NCBI GenBank assembly: GCA_024693345.1
Contig: JAILLB010000122.1
Location: 38,523-102,522, forward strand
DNA length: 64,000 nucleotides
Origin: Clostridiales bacterium
GTDB lineage: Bacteria; Bacillota; Clostridia; Oscillospirales; CAG-272
Reading direction: 5' to 3'
Positions 10,001-18,550 of this stretch are shown here, piece after piece. Numbering within the stretch: the stretch's first letter is position 1; the number at the start of each line of letters is the position of its first letter. The notes beneath the pieces are model-generated. The model did not search any database, was not told the origin of the DNA, and saw only the letters and a list, made by a program, of their open reading frames with translations. The position numbers were made by a program, and so were the translations under genes.

Positions 10001-11536
10001 AAGGTACATAAGTACACAGAAGAACTATTTGGTAAAGAAAACGTTTTCCATGCAGGAACAATCATGGATATTGCATCCAAAACCGCATTCGGATTCGTAA
10101 ACGGATACTGCGAGGACTTAAAGCTCAATTACTCTAAGCCTGTCATAAACCTTCTTGTAAGTAAGATTACTGGAGTCAAGAGAACAACGGGACAACATCC
10201 CGGTGGAATAGTCGTTGTGCCTAAAGAATATGAAGTATACGACTTCTGTCCTGTACAGTACCCGGCAGATAAAACTGATGCAAAAGCAATAACAACGCAT
10301 TTCACGTTCAATGACATGCATGATTTATTGCTCAAGCTCGATGAACTTGGACATGATGTGCCGACAAAATTGAAATACATAGAAGAATATACAGGAACAG
10401 ATATAAGCAAAGTATCCATGAGGGATCCTCTTGTATATAAACTGTTTACTTCGACAGAACCATTAGGCGTCAAACCCGAAGATATAATGTTTGACATTGG
10501 AACCCTGGGAATTCCTGAGAGCGGAACAAACTTTGTCATGCCTGTTATGGTGGAAACAAAGCCTAAATGTTTTGCAGACCTTGTTCAGATATCCGGATTA
10601 ACGCACGGAACAAACGTTTGGAATGATAACGCAGACAAGCTTATCAGAGACGGAACATGCGATATTTCAACGGTTATAGGCACGAGAGACAGCATCATGC
10701 TTTCACTCATCAAATACGGCCTTGAAAAGAAGGATGCATTTGACATCATGGAAAAGGTCCGTAAGAACAAAGCAGGTAAGCCTCTTCCTGATGATATGCT
10801 CATTAAGATGGCAGATAAGAATGTGCCTGAATGGTATGTGGAAAGCCTGAAGAAAATCAGATACATGTTCCCGAAGGCACATGCAGCTGCGTACGTTACC
10901 AATGCAATCAGACTGGCCTGGTACAAGGTTCACATGCCTCTAGAGTTCTATTGCGCTTATTTCACAGCTGCACCGGCTGGTTTTGATGCCGAACTGGCAA
11001 TGAGCGGTAGAAAGAATATTATGTCAGTCATAGAGAGTCTTAATGAGAAGGGAAATGACAGATCTCAGAATGACAACAACACAAGAAGTGCCATGATGCT
11101 TGTCAATGAGATGCTTGCTCGAAAGATTGAAATTCTTCCGGTAGATATTGAAAAATCCGATTCAAGAAAGTATCTGCCTGAAAATGGAAAGATGAGACTT
11201 CCTTTCAGTTCATTCTCCGGAATAGGTGAAGCAGCTGCCAACAAGATTGTCGAAGAGAGAGAAAAAGCTCCTTTCTATTCTATTGAAGATTTGAAGGAGA
11301 GAACTGGTCTGAGTAAAACAGCAATAGAATTGCTGAAAGCCCATCATGCACTTGACAAACTATCTGAAACAAATCAGATATCTTTGTCGTTTGACTTTGA
11401 CAATGTAAGCTATAAACAGACAAAGCATCTTGTTGATGCAAACCTGAGCCAAAACACCAAGGAACTACCTTCATTTTTGGACGAAAATGAAGATGAGGAC
11501 TCAGTTATTGAGGAAAATCAGCTGTCATTTTTCTGA
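7070..11536 (+). CDS. polC: DNA polymerase III alpha subunit, PolC type (with internal 3'-5' exonuclease)
   Basis: 1488 aa. PHP motif HLHT, exonuclease motifs FVIFDIETTGL, HNAGFDTSF and HHRADAD, and a Cys4 zinc finger CPNC...CPICG. Confidence 0.97.
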   Translation: MNIKDKFPDFTPGKGLMEAAVNSNILSIRVDKEKKLLELDVEFDSLHSKRKIIFPMEIGLAKAYKLTGATIHPKYKKELFEPDYLNEILDDLKRKNIISDIFVSEVVYDSATNNVVVRASFGFAGADFVRKTDISRVIEDIIYKEFGFNIGVVVDDGSDMDPEYEESILREREVKYKEIYETTAAAFVEKKPFIGDQPKEYMKDDRGYHYVGNMVFDTSSAKIIWGKSFDFTPTPAGFVCKPFSNIVVMGQICAFEMRETRNHGKIYTFTVTDDEGAVLCKITGVNNEDVDNLNNGFCVAIHGKVERDEKDINRELTLFPQDIAIIKRVYREDTYPGKKRVELHLHTIMSAMDAVLTPTQAVETALRWGHTAVAITDHGVVQGYPEAMHAAEKKDIKILYGMEGYLVEENRAVFGKKNQSLNDEFVIFDIETTGLIPTKDKIIQIGAEIIKNNEVVSTFQTMADPEMQIPEFITNLTGITDEDVKGAPSQKEAIQKFLEYAGDRVLVAHNAGFDTSFIRVGAQNNGLAFDNTYIDTLAISRFVNPTLKKHKLNNLSEYYKLGDFDHHRADADTEMLRHIFTKMVSGLVNEGINTISDLESAMAKSSDSSKVKPYHVSLLVKDKVGLKNLYKLVSYGYIEYFNRVPRIPKLVLQTHKEGLIIGSACERGEIFQAIYSGKSWDEIKSIAELYDYLEIMPVSNNRFYVRNGSMSEEDLRNINRQIVKLGEEMNIPVVATGDVHYLNPWDSVCRRVLQRGMKYSELEEDEELYFKTTDEMMKEFSYLGEKKAYEVVVENTNKIADSISGDIKPYPDGTFTPKMEGAEDDLHNICYQTAESIYGNPLPEIVKTRLDKELDSIIGNGFAVLYMIARKLVKYSESQGYLVGSRGSVGSSFVASMAGITEVNPLPPHYVCPNCKHSDFSVQNEVGSGFDLPEKNCPICGTPYNSDGHDIPFETFLGFYGDKSPDIDLNFSGEVQTKVHKYTEELFGKENVFHAGTIMDIASKTAFGFVNGYCEDLKLNYSKPVINLLVSKITGVKRTTGQHPGGIVVVPKEYEVYDFCPVQYPADKTDAKAITTHFTFNDMHDLLLKLDELGHDVPTKLKYIEEYTGTDISKVSMRDPLVYKLFTSTEPLGVKPEDIMFDIGTLGIPESGTNFVMPVMVETKPKCFADLVQISGLTHGTNVWNDNADKLIRDGTCDISTVIGTRDSIMLSLIKYGLEKKDAFDIMEKVRKNKAGKPLPDDMLIKMADKNVPEWYVESLKKIRYMFPKAHAAAYVTNAIRLAWYKVHMPLEFYCAYFTAAPAGFDAELAMSGRKNIMSVIESLNEKGNDRSQNDNNTRSAMMLVNEMLARKIEILPVDIEKSDSRKYLPENGKMRLPFSSFSGIGEAAANKIVEEREKAPFYSIEDLKERTGLSKTAIELLKAHHALDKLSETNQISLSFDFDNVSYKQTKHLVDANLSQNTKELPSFLDENEDEDSVIEENQLSFF

Positions 11537-11594
11537 CAAAATGTGTTTTTTGTCCAAAAACCCTTGTTTTTGCAACAATTTTTCCCGAAAAGTA

Positions 11595-11623
11595 TTGCAA
11601 ACATTAGATTTTTTGTTTATAAT
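11595..11623 (+). promoter_or_regulatory. Sigma-A type promoter upstream of hup
   Basis: TTGCAA (11595-11600), 17-nt spacer, TATAAT (11618-11623), about 60 nt upstream of the hup ATG. Confidence 0.6.
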
Positions 11624-11685
11624 GGACACGTAGATTGTGGTTAAACAATCGAAAAATAATTAAATCTTTAAAGAGGTAACTTTTT

Positions 11686-11961
11686 ATGAATAAGACCGAT
11701 CTCGTTGCAGTTGTTGCTGCTAAAACTGGTTCAACAAAAAGAGCTGCTGAAGCTGCTGTAAATGCTGTAGTTGCTGCTGTTGCTGAAGCTGTAGTTGCTG
11801 GTGAAAAAGTTCAGCTCGCTGGCTTGGGAACATTCTCAACAAAGACAAGAGCTGCTAGAACAGGCAGAAATCCTAAGACACAGAAAGCCATTAAGATTCC
11901 GGCAAAGAAGACAGTATCTTTCGTAGCAAGCAAAACAGTTAAAGAAGCTGTTAATAAATAA
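11686..11961 (+). CDS. hup: HU-type nucleoid DNA-binding protein
   Basis: 91 aa. MNKTDLV start and GFGTF-like LGTFSTKTRAARTGRNPKT arm motif. Confidence 0.95.
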   Translation: MNKTDLVAVVAAKTGSTKRAAEAAVNAVVAAVAEAVVAGEKVQLAGLGTFSTKTRAARTGRNPKTQKAIKIPAKKTVSFVASKTVKEAVNK

Positions 11962-11980
11962 TTTAATTATTTGAGAATTG

Positions 11981-12008
11981 AAGCCGCCATCAAGCGGCTT
12001 TAATTTTT
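11981..12008 (+). terminator. Rho-independent terminator after hup
   Basis: Stem AAGCCGC / GCGGCTT with a 6-nt loop, followed by TAATTTTT. Confidence 0.75.
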
Positions 12009-12020
12009 CAGGGAGCGAAT

Positions 12021-12263
12021 ATGAGACTTGACAAATATTTGAAAGTATCAAGAATAATAAAGAGAAGAACTGTCGCAAACAATGCTTGTGATGCAGAGAG
12101 AGTGATGGTTAACGGAAGAGAAGCCAAGGCTTCTTATCAGGTTAAAATCGGAGACATCATAGAAATAAGCCTCGGAAACAAAAATATAAGAGTGAGAGTT
12201 GATGACGTTAGTGAAGTTGTAAAAAAGGAATCTGCAGCTTCAATGTATACAGTCTTGTCGTAA
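12021..12263 (+). CDS. S4-domain RNA-binding protein (YabO/HslR-like)
   Basis: 80 aa. MRLDKYLKVSRIIKRRTVA is a typical S4 alpha-L start. Confidence 0.85.
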   Translation: MRLDKYLKVSRIIKRRTVANNACDAERVMVNGREAKASYQVKIGDIIEISLGNKNIRVRVDDVSEVVKKESAASMYTVLS

Positions 12264-12325
12264 TACGAATATATTAGATTGATTTTCAGTGCTTATTATA
12301 ATATAATTTATCGGGGTGTGAAGTT

Positions 12326-12601
12326 ATGAAAAAGAAAACTCAACTGATAATAAAGATAGCATTGGCGGTGTTTTCCGTGTTTCTCCTTGTTTCTGTTGTT
12401 GTTCTGAAAATTCAGGTTGATGAACTTGAAAAGCAGAAAAACGAACTGACCGCAGTGGCAGAGAAGAACAAAGAGGAACTTGAAGAGTTGAAATACAAGC
12501 TGACTCTGTCCGAAATTGAATATATCGAGAGATACGCACGCGAGGAACTCGGATATCACAAAACCGGTGAAATTGTTTTCATAAATCAGTCTGAAGATTA
12601 A
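12326..12601 (+). CDS. Septum-formation initiator family protein (DivIC/FtsB-like)
   Basis: 91 aa. One N-terminal TM helix, then a coiled coil (LEKQKNELTAVAEKNKEELEELK) and C-terminal ARE(E)LGY(H)K. Follows the S4 gene, as in Bacillus yabO...divIC. Confidence 0.8.
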   Translation: MKKKTQLIIKIALAVFSVFLLVSVVVLKIQVDELEKQKNELTAVAEKNKEELEELKYKLTLSEIEYIERYAREELGYHKTGEIVFINQSED

Positions 12602-12612
12602 TTTGGTGTGTT

Positions 12613-13458
12613 ATGCGAAACATTTCAGTCAATTTGATTAAATCTGTGGTCAAGGAATTGTTTGCAGAATGCAACATTTCACTTGAGAGCAATGAAAAAC
12701 AGCTCCTGGTTAATGCCAGAAACAATGAAAATGAGCAGACAGCCAAAGATATTATGGACACCTTGATTGAAAACCTGGAAACTGCAGAAAAAGAGAAGTG
12801 TCCAATATGCCAGGATACAGGCATGGCAATAGTTTTTCTGGAAATAGGCCAGGATGTGCATCTTGTCGATGGAGATCTTGAAAAAGCTATAAATGATGGT
12901 GTAAAAGAAGCATATTTGGAGTCGTTTTTCAGGCTATCAGTAGTTAATGATCCGGTATTTGAAAGAATCAATACAAACGACAATACCCCCGCAGTTATTT
13001 ACACGAGAATCGTTTCTGGTGAAAATGTCAAAATTACTGCAATACCAAAGGGTTTTGGCAGTGAAAACAAGAGCCAGATAAAGATGTTTAATCCAACTGC
13101 AACAGTTGATTCCATAGTGGATTTTGTTGTGGAAGTGGCCAAAAAAGCAGGGTCATCTGCTTGTCCGCCGTTCTTTATAGGTGTAGGCATCGGAGGAACA
13201 TTTGATTACTGTGCATATATGGCAAAAATGGCACTCACGAGGGGCGCAAACACCCACAATAAAGACCCGAAATATGCAGAACTGGAAACAACCATTCTGA
13301 ATAAAATAAACGATACGAACGTAGGTCCGCAAGGATTTGGTGGAAAAACAACCGCACTTGGTGTAAATATTGAGTATTATCCGACACACATTGCAGGATT
13401 GCCTGTGGCAGTCAATATGTGTTGTCATGCGATGAGACACAAATCGAAAGTAATATAA
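12613..13458 (+). CDS. Fe-S type hydro-lyase alpha subunit (class I fumarate hydratase / L(+)-tartrate dehydratase alpha)
   Basis: 281 aa. Motifs CPICQDTGMA, CPPFFIGVGIGGT and MCCHAMRH (cluster-ligand regions). No adjacent beta-subunit gene. Confidence 0.85.
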   Translation: MRNISVNLIKSVVKELFAECNISLESNEKQLLVNARNNENEQTAKDIMDTLIENLETAEKEKCPICQDTGMAIVFLEIGQDVHLVDGDLEKAINDGVKEAYLESFFRLSVVNDPVFERINTNDNTPAVIYTRIVSGENVKITAIPKGFGSENKSQIKMFNPTATVDSIVDFVVEVAKKAGSSACPPFFIGVGIGGTFDYCAYMAKMALTRGANTHNKDPKYAELETTILNKINDTNVGPQGFGGKTTALGVNIEYYPTHIAGLPVAVNMCCHAMRHKSKVI

Positions 13459-13494
13459 TAAGGTATATATAATAGAACGGAAGGAAATATAAAA

Positions 13495-13797
13495 ATGGAA
13501 GAAGTAAAAGCGCCTCTTGATGGCAAATACTTAATGTATAAAGGTAAACCTCTGGTCAGATCAGGAAACCTTATAACTTACGGAGACATGATTGATAAGT
13601 GTTACTTGTCCATGACAATACTTCAGACTGAGAAGGATGAAAATGGGGCAGAATATCCTGTAACAATCTTACTTCAGATTCTTGACACAAAGACTCAGCA
13701 AATTGTTGATCAGAAACAAAAATTCTTCACGGGAAAAGATAGTTTGTATTCAGCACTCGATCTCGGCATTGTATGGCTGAGCAGATACACAAGTTAA
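13495..13797 (+). CDS. Hypothetical 100-aa protein
   Basis: ORF with GGAAGGAAA RBS 8 nt upstream and normal codon composition. No family recognised. Not a hydro-lyase beta subunit: too short and lacking its motifs. Confidence 0.55.
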   Translation: MEEVKAPLDGKYLMYKGKPLVRSGNLITYGDMIDKCYLSMTILQTEKDENGAEYPVTILLQILDTKTQQIVDQKQKFFTGKDSLYSALDLGIVWLSRYTS

Positions 13798-13816
13798 ATA
13801 TCAACAAAAACAAATT

Positions 13817-13844
13817 TTGCCTTTCAATCAGAAAGGCAATTTTT
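13817..13844 (+). terminator. Rho-independent terminator
   Basis: Stem TTGCCTTTC / GAAAGGCAA, 5-nt loop, then TTTTT. Lies 20 nt after the stop at 13797. Confidence 0.8.
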
Positions 13845-13982
13845 GATATATCAGCTTAGGGTAGTGCATCTTTATATATATTTAAATCTTGATACCCAAT
13901 TATACAAAATACAAATTTTATATAATTAAGGGAACCGAAAAAGGCTTATTTAGGCCTTTTTTTAATATTTAGGCACATTTGA

Positions 13983-14440
13983 TCCATAATCCATTCGTTT
14001 TTCATATTTCTATTTGATTTTTGCATCATCACATTTTTCTTTCTATTTTTTTGCTTTTAAATTTTCAAATACAAAAATCAAAAATGATGAATCGTTCGAT
14101 TGATTGTTTTCTATTTGATTTTTTATTTTCATTTTTCAAATATAAATATTTCAATTATGTTTGATTTTCAAATACAACGAATCCTGTTGATACATTGATT
14201 GTTTTGTTATCTTCTATTTGAATTCTGACACAGAGATTGTAATTGATGAATTGTTTGTTCAACATTCTCCAATTTGAAATTCAAATACAGCATCAGCAAT
14301 CGATGAATTGTTCATTCTGCTTCTTTCTATTTGATTTTTTATTTCCGATATTCCGGATGATTCAATTAACGTCAGAAAAAACTCAATAGAAATTATCAAA
14401 ACAATGAATTGTTCGTTTTATGGATTTCTATTTGAATACT
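13983..14440. repeat. Array of six direct bipartite repeats, consensus ATGAATTGTTCR-N11-TTTCTATTTGAW
   Basis: Left half-sites start at 13986 (degenerate), 14087, 14190 (degenerate), 14246, 14303 and 14404. CTATTTGA/CAATTTGA lies exactly 24 nt downstream in every copy (14010, 14111, 14214, 14270, 14327, 14428). Inverted TCAAATA copies are at 14065, 14136, 14168 and 14281, with an imperfect one at 14383. Palindrome ATTTGAA-A-TTCAAAT at 14272-14286. Confidence 0.85.
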
Positions 14441-14548
14441 TCATTGGCATTTTTCCAACAACATATAGAATTAAGGAAATCAGATATCATGTACTCTACA
14501 TACATCATAGCCAATTTCCTTCTGAAAAATATTTTGTATAATTCGCAA

Positions 14549-16171
14549 TTACTTTACCAGATGAATTCTATTCAGTATCCTGTATATCTTTTCTCCGTGA
14601 GGCAGGAATAAAATATCATCTTTTTCAAGTGCTCTTACAATAAACAGGAATACAAAGTACACGATCGCTGTCAGTATTATTGCCAATGCAACGCCATACC
14701 AAGCATTGCCCATAAACGTATGGATCAGCGTGTATGAAGACATAGTCACCAGCGATGCAATTATTCCCGCTCCAAGCGGCTTAACATAAATCTTTACGAT
14801 TTTGAACTCGTGTTTTACAAACTTTTTGACAAATAATACGTTACATGTCGCCATTGTTATATATGCCAGCAATGTCGCAATTGGCGCTCCTTTAATGCCC
14901 AAAATTGGATTGGAAATCAGCACCAAATTGCCTATGATTTTCACGAAAACACCAGCAATCATCGATATTAATGGGAATCTTTGATATCCAAAAGACTGCA
15001 ATATACTCGATGTAATGGCCAGTAGCGAAGAAAAAACCACTGCAGGAGCTAATAAAGCTAACAAAATACCTGCATTTTCGACTGATTCGGCATTTGAAAA
15101 CAGAATTGAAAGTATCGGTTTTGCCAAAATCGAGAGTCCCATAGCACAAGGTATTGACACTATCGCGACCAGTTTTGTTGAAGCTCTGAGTAAGACCTTG
15201 ATCTTATTTTCGCTTCCCTGCGTGTGTGCAGCAGACAAAGCAGGTACAAGAGATGTTGATATCGGAGTAACAAGAGTCGCTGGCAAATGGAACAGTGTCA
15301 CGGCCAGCGTTGTGTAGTTTCCGTATGCAGCTTCTGCAGCTTCCTGACCAATTACTTTTTTTAGCAAATTGACTATTGAGAAAGCATCAATCGTACTTGT
15401 AAGATTAAGTACCACAGATGCAAGCATTATAGGAACAGAAATCCTGAAAAGGCTTATCAGTATTGACTTTCTGGCCTCTGTGACGCCATCATCTTCAAGG
15501 TTTGTATAGCTGTAATCCTGCTTGTAAACAGCCTTGAATATGACAAGGAATGTCATACCGACTGCTTCGCCGACAACAACACCGAATATTGCATATGCTG
15601 CGGCAGTTTCGATTGGTTTGCCTGCATTTAGTGCATATACACCCAAAACAACGCCTACAGCGAACTTCCCTATCGATTCAATAATCTCTGAAACCGCGGT
15701 CGGAACCATGTTCTGATGGCCCTGAAAATAACCTCTTACCGAACTTGCAATTGATATCAAGAGCAAAGTCGGGGCTATCATACTTATTGATTGGGCTGCA
15801 CCTGGGCTGCCCATCATCTCAGCAATTACGGACGAGCAGAAAAACATCAGACAGCTTCCAAGAGTGCCTAACGTAATAAATATGAGCAATGCCGTTGTAA
15901 ATACCTTATTGACTTGCTTTTTTCGGCCCTGAACTCTCGACCGCGATACAATCATTGAGATAGCTGTGGGTAAACCGGATGTTGATACCAGATACAACGT
16001 CGTAAACACACTGTAAGCGGCATTGAAATACCCCATTCCTGTGTCACCGAGAAGATTGTGCAGAGGTATTTTAAACAATACACCGATTACCTTGACGATG
16101 ATATTTGATATCATCAAAACCATCACGCCAACAATAAGTCGAGGTTCTTTTGTTTTGCTTTGTTCATTCAT
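14549..16171 (-). CDS. MOP-superfamily flippase (SpoVB / MurJ / polysaccharide-biosynthesis protein family)
   Basis: Polytopic membrane protein. The start MNEQSKTKEPRLIVGVMVLMISNIIVKVIGVLFKIPLHNLLGDTGMGYFNAAY is typical of the family. I trimmed the start to ATG 16171; the tracked 16252 start would run 80 nt into the upstream gene. Confidence 0.8.
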   Translation of the reverse strand: MNEQSKTKEPRLIVGVMVLMISNIIVKVIGVLFKIPLHNLLGDTGMGYFNAAYSVFTTLYLVSTSGLPTAISMIVSRSRVQGRKKQVNKVFTTALLIFITLGTLGSCLMFFCSSVIAEMMGSPGAAQSISMIAPTLLLISIASSVRGYFQGHQNMVPTAVSEIIESIGKFAVGVVLGVYALNAGKPIETAAAYAIFGVVVGEAVGMTFLVIFKAVYKQDYSYTNLEDDGVTEARKSILISLFRISVPIMLASVVLNLTSTIDAFSIVNLLKKVIGQEAAEAAYGNYTTLAVTLFHLPATLVTPISTSLVPALSAAHTQGSENKIKVLLRASTKLVAIVSIPCAMGLSILAKPILSILFSNAESVENAGILLALLAPAVVFSSLLAITSSILQSFGYQRFPLISMIAGVFVKIIGNLVLISNPILGIKGAPIATLLAYITMATCNVLFVKKFVKHEFKIVKIYVKPLGAGIIASLVTMSSYTLIHTFMGNAWYGVALAIILTAIVYFVFLFIVRALEKDDILFLPHGEKIYRILNRIHLVK

Positions 16172-17057
16172 TGTTTTCGCCAATAAACTCCCTATATACT
16201 GAATTGGAAGGAACAAACTTTGATGACATTTCAGGAACATCCTTGAAGTCATTTCTTATTTTTTCGAACACTATCGCTTCTTCCGGATTGCTTGAATCAT
16301 ATTGTATTCTCTCAAGCAGATACCTTTTCATAACATTAAAACCATATGGCATCAAAGAACTGATTTCGTAATCAGTCATATCCTTATTAGGATATATGTT
16401 CTTGTTTTCGTTATCTATCACATTCTTCCACAAAGACAAGGTTCTGATTGTGGGTGAATTTCTGAATTGATAGTCCCTTACCAGTCTTCTGCAGAATCTT
16501 ATGTGCTGACGGTCAAAAACGTGGCCATATGCCTCTGTATCTTCAACATCTATGAAGATCCTTTTGGTTATTTCTCTGGGTAATAAAGCTCTGATTTCAG
16601 GATACAGTGTCTGTATACCTTCAATTATGATTATTCTGTTTTCTTTGTACGGCAAAGGTTTTAATTCAACCCTTTTCTGTGTGACAAAATCAAATACCGG
16701 CATAACCGAATCTTCTTTGTTTTTGATTTTCGTTATACATTCAGTAAAAAGATCCATGTCAACAGCTTCAAGTGTTTCAAAATTCACATGTGCTCTGTCG
16801 TTTGCATTTGCTCCGTAAAAATCATCAACGGATATCACTGTTGCATCGCATCCAAGCTCGTTGAAAAACGTAGCAAGGAGTGACGCTGTTGTGGTTTTTC
16901 CTGAGCAGGATGGTCCGGTTAAAGTTACAAATTTAATAGTTCCGTTTGAGTGGATGTCTTTGACCACACTCTTTATGCTTTCAACGAATCTTTTTTCATG
17001 AGCACAGACCAAGGCTTCTTCTTTGCCTTTTTCTATTTTCTCGTTATATATTACCAA
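16164..17057 (-). CDS. P-loop kinase of the uridine kinase / phosphoribulokinase family
   Basis: 297 aa. Walker A LTGPSCSGKTTTASLL, followed by IIIIEGIQ and RDYQFR regions as in Udk-like proteins. Confidence 0.65.
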   Translation of the reverse strand: MVIYNEKIEKGKEEALVCAHEKRFVESIKSVVKDIHSNGTIKFVTLTGPSCSGKTTTASLLATFFNELGCDATVISVDDFYGANANDRAHVNFETLEAVDMDLFTECITKIKNKEDSVMPVFDFVTQKRVELKPLPYKENRIIIIEGIQTLYPEIRALLPREITKRIFIDVEDTEAYGHVFDRQHIRFCRRLVRDYQFRNSPTIRTLSLWKNVIDNENKNIYPNKDMTDYEISSLMPYGFNVMKRYLLERIQYDSSNPEEAIVFEKIRNDFKDVPEMSSKFVPSNSVYREFIGENNE

Positions 17058-17069
17058 TTTCTTTTCCTC

Positions 17070-18542
17070 TTAAGTATTCTTGTAGAAATCTCTAATCGTG
17101 TCAAATTTCATATTTATTTTTGAATTGTCACTGTCGGATAAGTATTCATATGGATATTTAAAATTGAATACTCTCACAATATTCGTTCCTTCCGGGGAGA
17201 CACATTTTGTTACGGCACCTGCTCCGCATGCAAAAATAGAGTGAACTTCTTCCATCATGTAAATGTTGTATCTTCCCTCACATCCCGGAAGACAGAATCC
17301 GACATTTTCAAGATTATCTATGGTATTTTTTTGTCTGTATATGTAGTATGGGATATATCCAGCATTCTTAGCTGACAGCTGAGAATAATCCACACATTTT
17401 GATGCAACATTGCCCGGTGTATACAGATTATCCTTCTCCTTGGCAAAATCTGCCGCATTTTTGATGCACAATGTGTGAACCGTAATATTTGACGGTCTCA
17501 ACTGAATAATGCTGTCCATGGTCTCAGAAAAGCTTCTGAACCCATCATATGGCAATCCTGCAATCAAGTCAGTGTTTATTTGCTTTATGCCTGATTTAAC
17601 AGCCAATTCATATGCTTCATAGAATTGGTCAACTGTGTGCTTTCTTCCGATTATCTCAAGAACTTCGCTGTTCAATGTCTGCGGATTAATGCTTATGCGG
17701 GATACTCCGCCATCTCTCAGGATATTGAGCTTTTCGACAGTTACGGTATCAGGTCTGCCGGCTTCTACTGTAAATTCTTCAAGTGATGACACATCGGTAT
17801 TTGAATTGATTGCATCTATAAGCAATTTGAGCTGTGGCTCATTAAGTGTAGTTGGAGTTCCTCCTCCGACATATACTGTCTTAACTTCCAATCCGAGTTC
17901 TTTAATCAGGTTAAATGTCTTCTTGATATCGTCTATCAACTTAACAAGATACTCATCTATCAGTGACAACAGCCTATTCGATGTAAACGAAACAAATGAA
18001 CAATAGCTGCATCTTGACGGACAAAACGGAATGGAAATATACACGCTGCACGACTTTTTGGGACACGAACTAATAATCTTTCTCTCAACAGAAGCAATGT
18101 CAACCAGTAGCGATGCCTTTTTTAGAGTGACCAGGTATTCATTCTGGAAGAACGACTTGGCATCAGCCTTTGTACTCTTCTTTTCATTGAGTTCTTTCAA
18201 AGCCAGTTTTGATGGTCTTACGCCCGTCATGATTCCCCATTGTGGAGCTATACCTGTAACAGCCTTTCCTGCTGCCAAAAATGCTTTGCCTACGGCAATT
18301 CTGATTCTGGTCCTTTCGTTAATGTTCTCGCTGAAAGGCTGTTCATATGTTTTTGTGGATGTTTTACCCTTATACGTAATGGTAACAGTTGAAGTTATTG
18401 CACCATCTACTTTGTCTACTGTAACTACAGCTTTATGCGAATCATCACTGTCTTTTTTGGAAAACTTAGCTCCAGGAAAAAACAACAAACACAACGTCTG
18501 TACGTAATATTCCGCAACATCACCGATTATTTCTATCTTCAT
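17070..18542 (-). CDS. Radical SAM protein, HemN/HemZ-like (oxygen-independent coproporphyrinogen III oxidase family)
   Basis: 490 aa. CxxxCxxC motif CPSRCSYCSF and GGGTPT motif (YVGGGTPTTL). Confidence 0.8.
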   Translation of the reverse strand: MKIEIIGDVAEYYVQTLCLLFFPGAKFSKKDSDDSHKAVVTVDKVDGAITSTVTITYKGKTSTKTYEQPFSENINERTRIRIAVGKAFLAAGKAVTGIAPQWGIMTGVRPSKLALKELNEKKSTKADAKSFFQNEYLVTLKKASLLVDIASVERKIISSCPKKSCSVYISIPFCPSRCSYCSFVSFTSNRLLSLIDEYLVKLIDDIKKTFNLIKELGLEVKTVYVGGGTPTTLNEPQLKLLIDAINSNTDVSSLEEFTVEAGRPDTVTVEKLNILRDGGVSRISINPQTLNSEVLEIIGRKHTVDQFYEAYELAVKSGIKQINTDLIAGLPYDGFRSFSETMDSIIQLRPSNITVHTLCIKNAADFAKEKDNLYTPGNVASKCVDYSQLSAKNAGYIPYYIYRQKNTIDNLENVGFCLPGCEGRYNIYMMEEVHSIFACGAGAVTKCVSPEGTNIVRVFNFKYPYEYLSDSDNSKINMKFDTIRDFYKNT

Positions 18543-18550
18543 AAAACACC

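Noticed and set aside
13931-13967. Second hairpin (AAAAAGGC-N8-GCCTTTTTTT) as a terminator of a tiny transcript from a TATAAT at 13921
   Set aside because: The stem has only 3 G-C pairs, there is no convincing -35, and the putative transcript would be a few nucleotides long. Possibly just a back-up terminator.
13983-14440. CRISPR-array interpretation of the repeat block
   Set aside because: The repeats are degenerate, with a variable 11-nt core. Spacing is irregular (56-103 bp). There is no leader/repeat/spacer regularity and no cas genes anywhere in the window.
13798-14548. Replication terminus (dif/Ter sites) at the convergent gene switch
   Set aside because: I found nothing resembling the Firmicute dif consensus or Bacillus Ter/RTP sites. 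Gene orientation flips several more times in the window (24.6, 25.9, 28.3, 32.0 and 47.1 kb), so the switch here is not a chromosome-scale signal. GC-skew over the whole replicon would be needed.
14420-14611. Tracked 63-aa ORF (+) at the end of the repeat region
   Set aside because: It has no RBS and an AT-rich, low-complexity translation. It runs antisense into the 3' end of the flippase gene and is in a different frame from the repeat-conserved ATGs.
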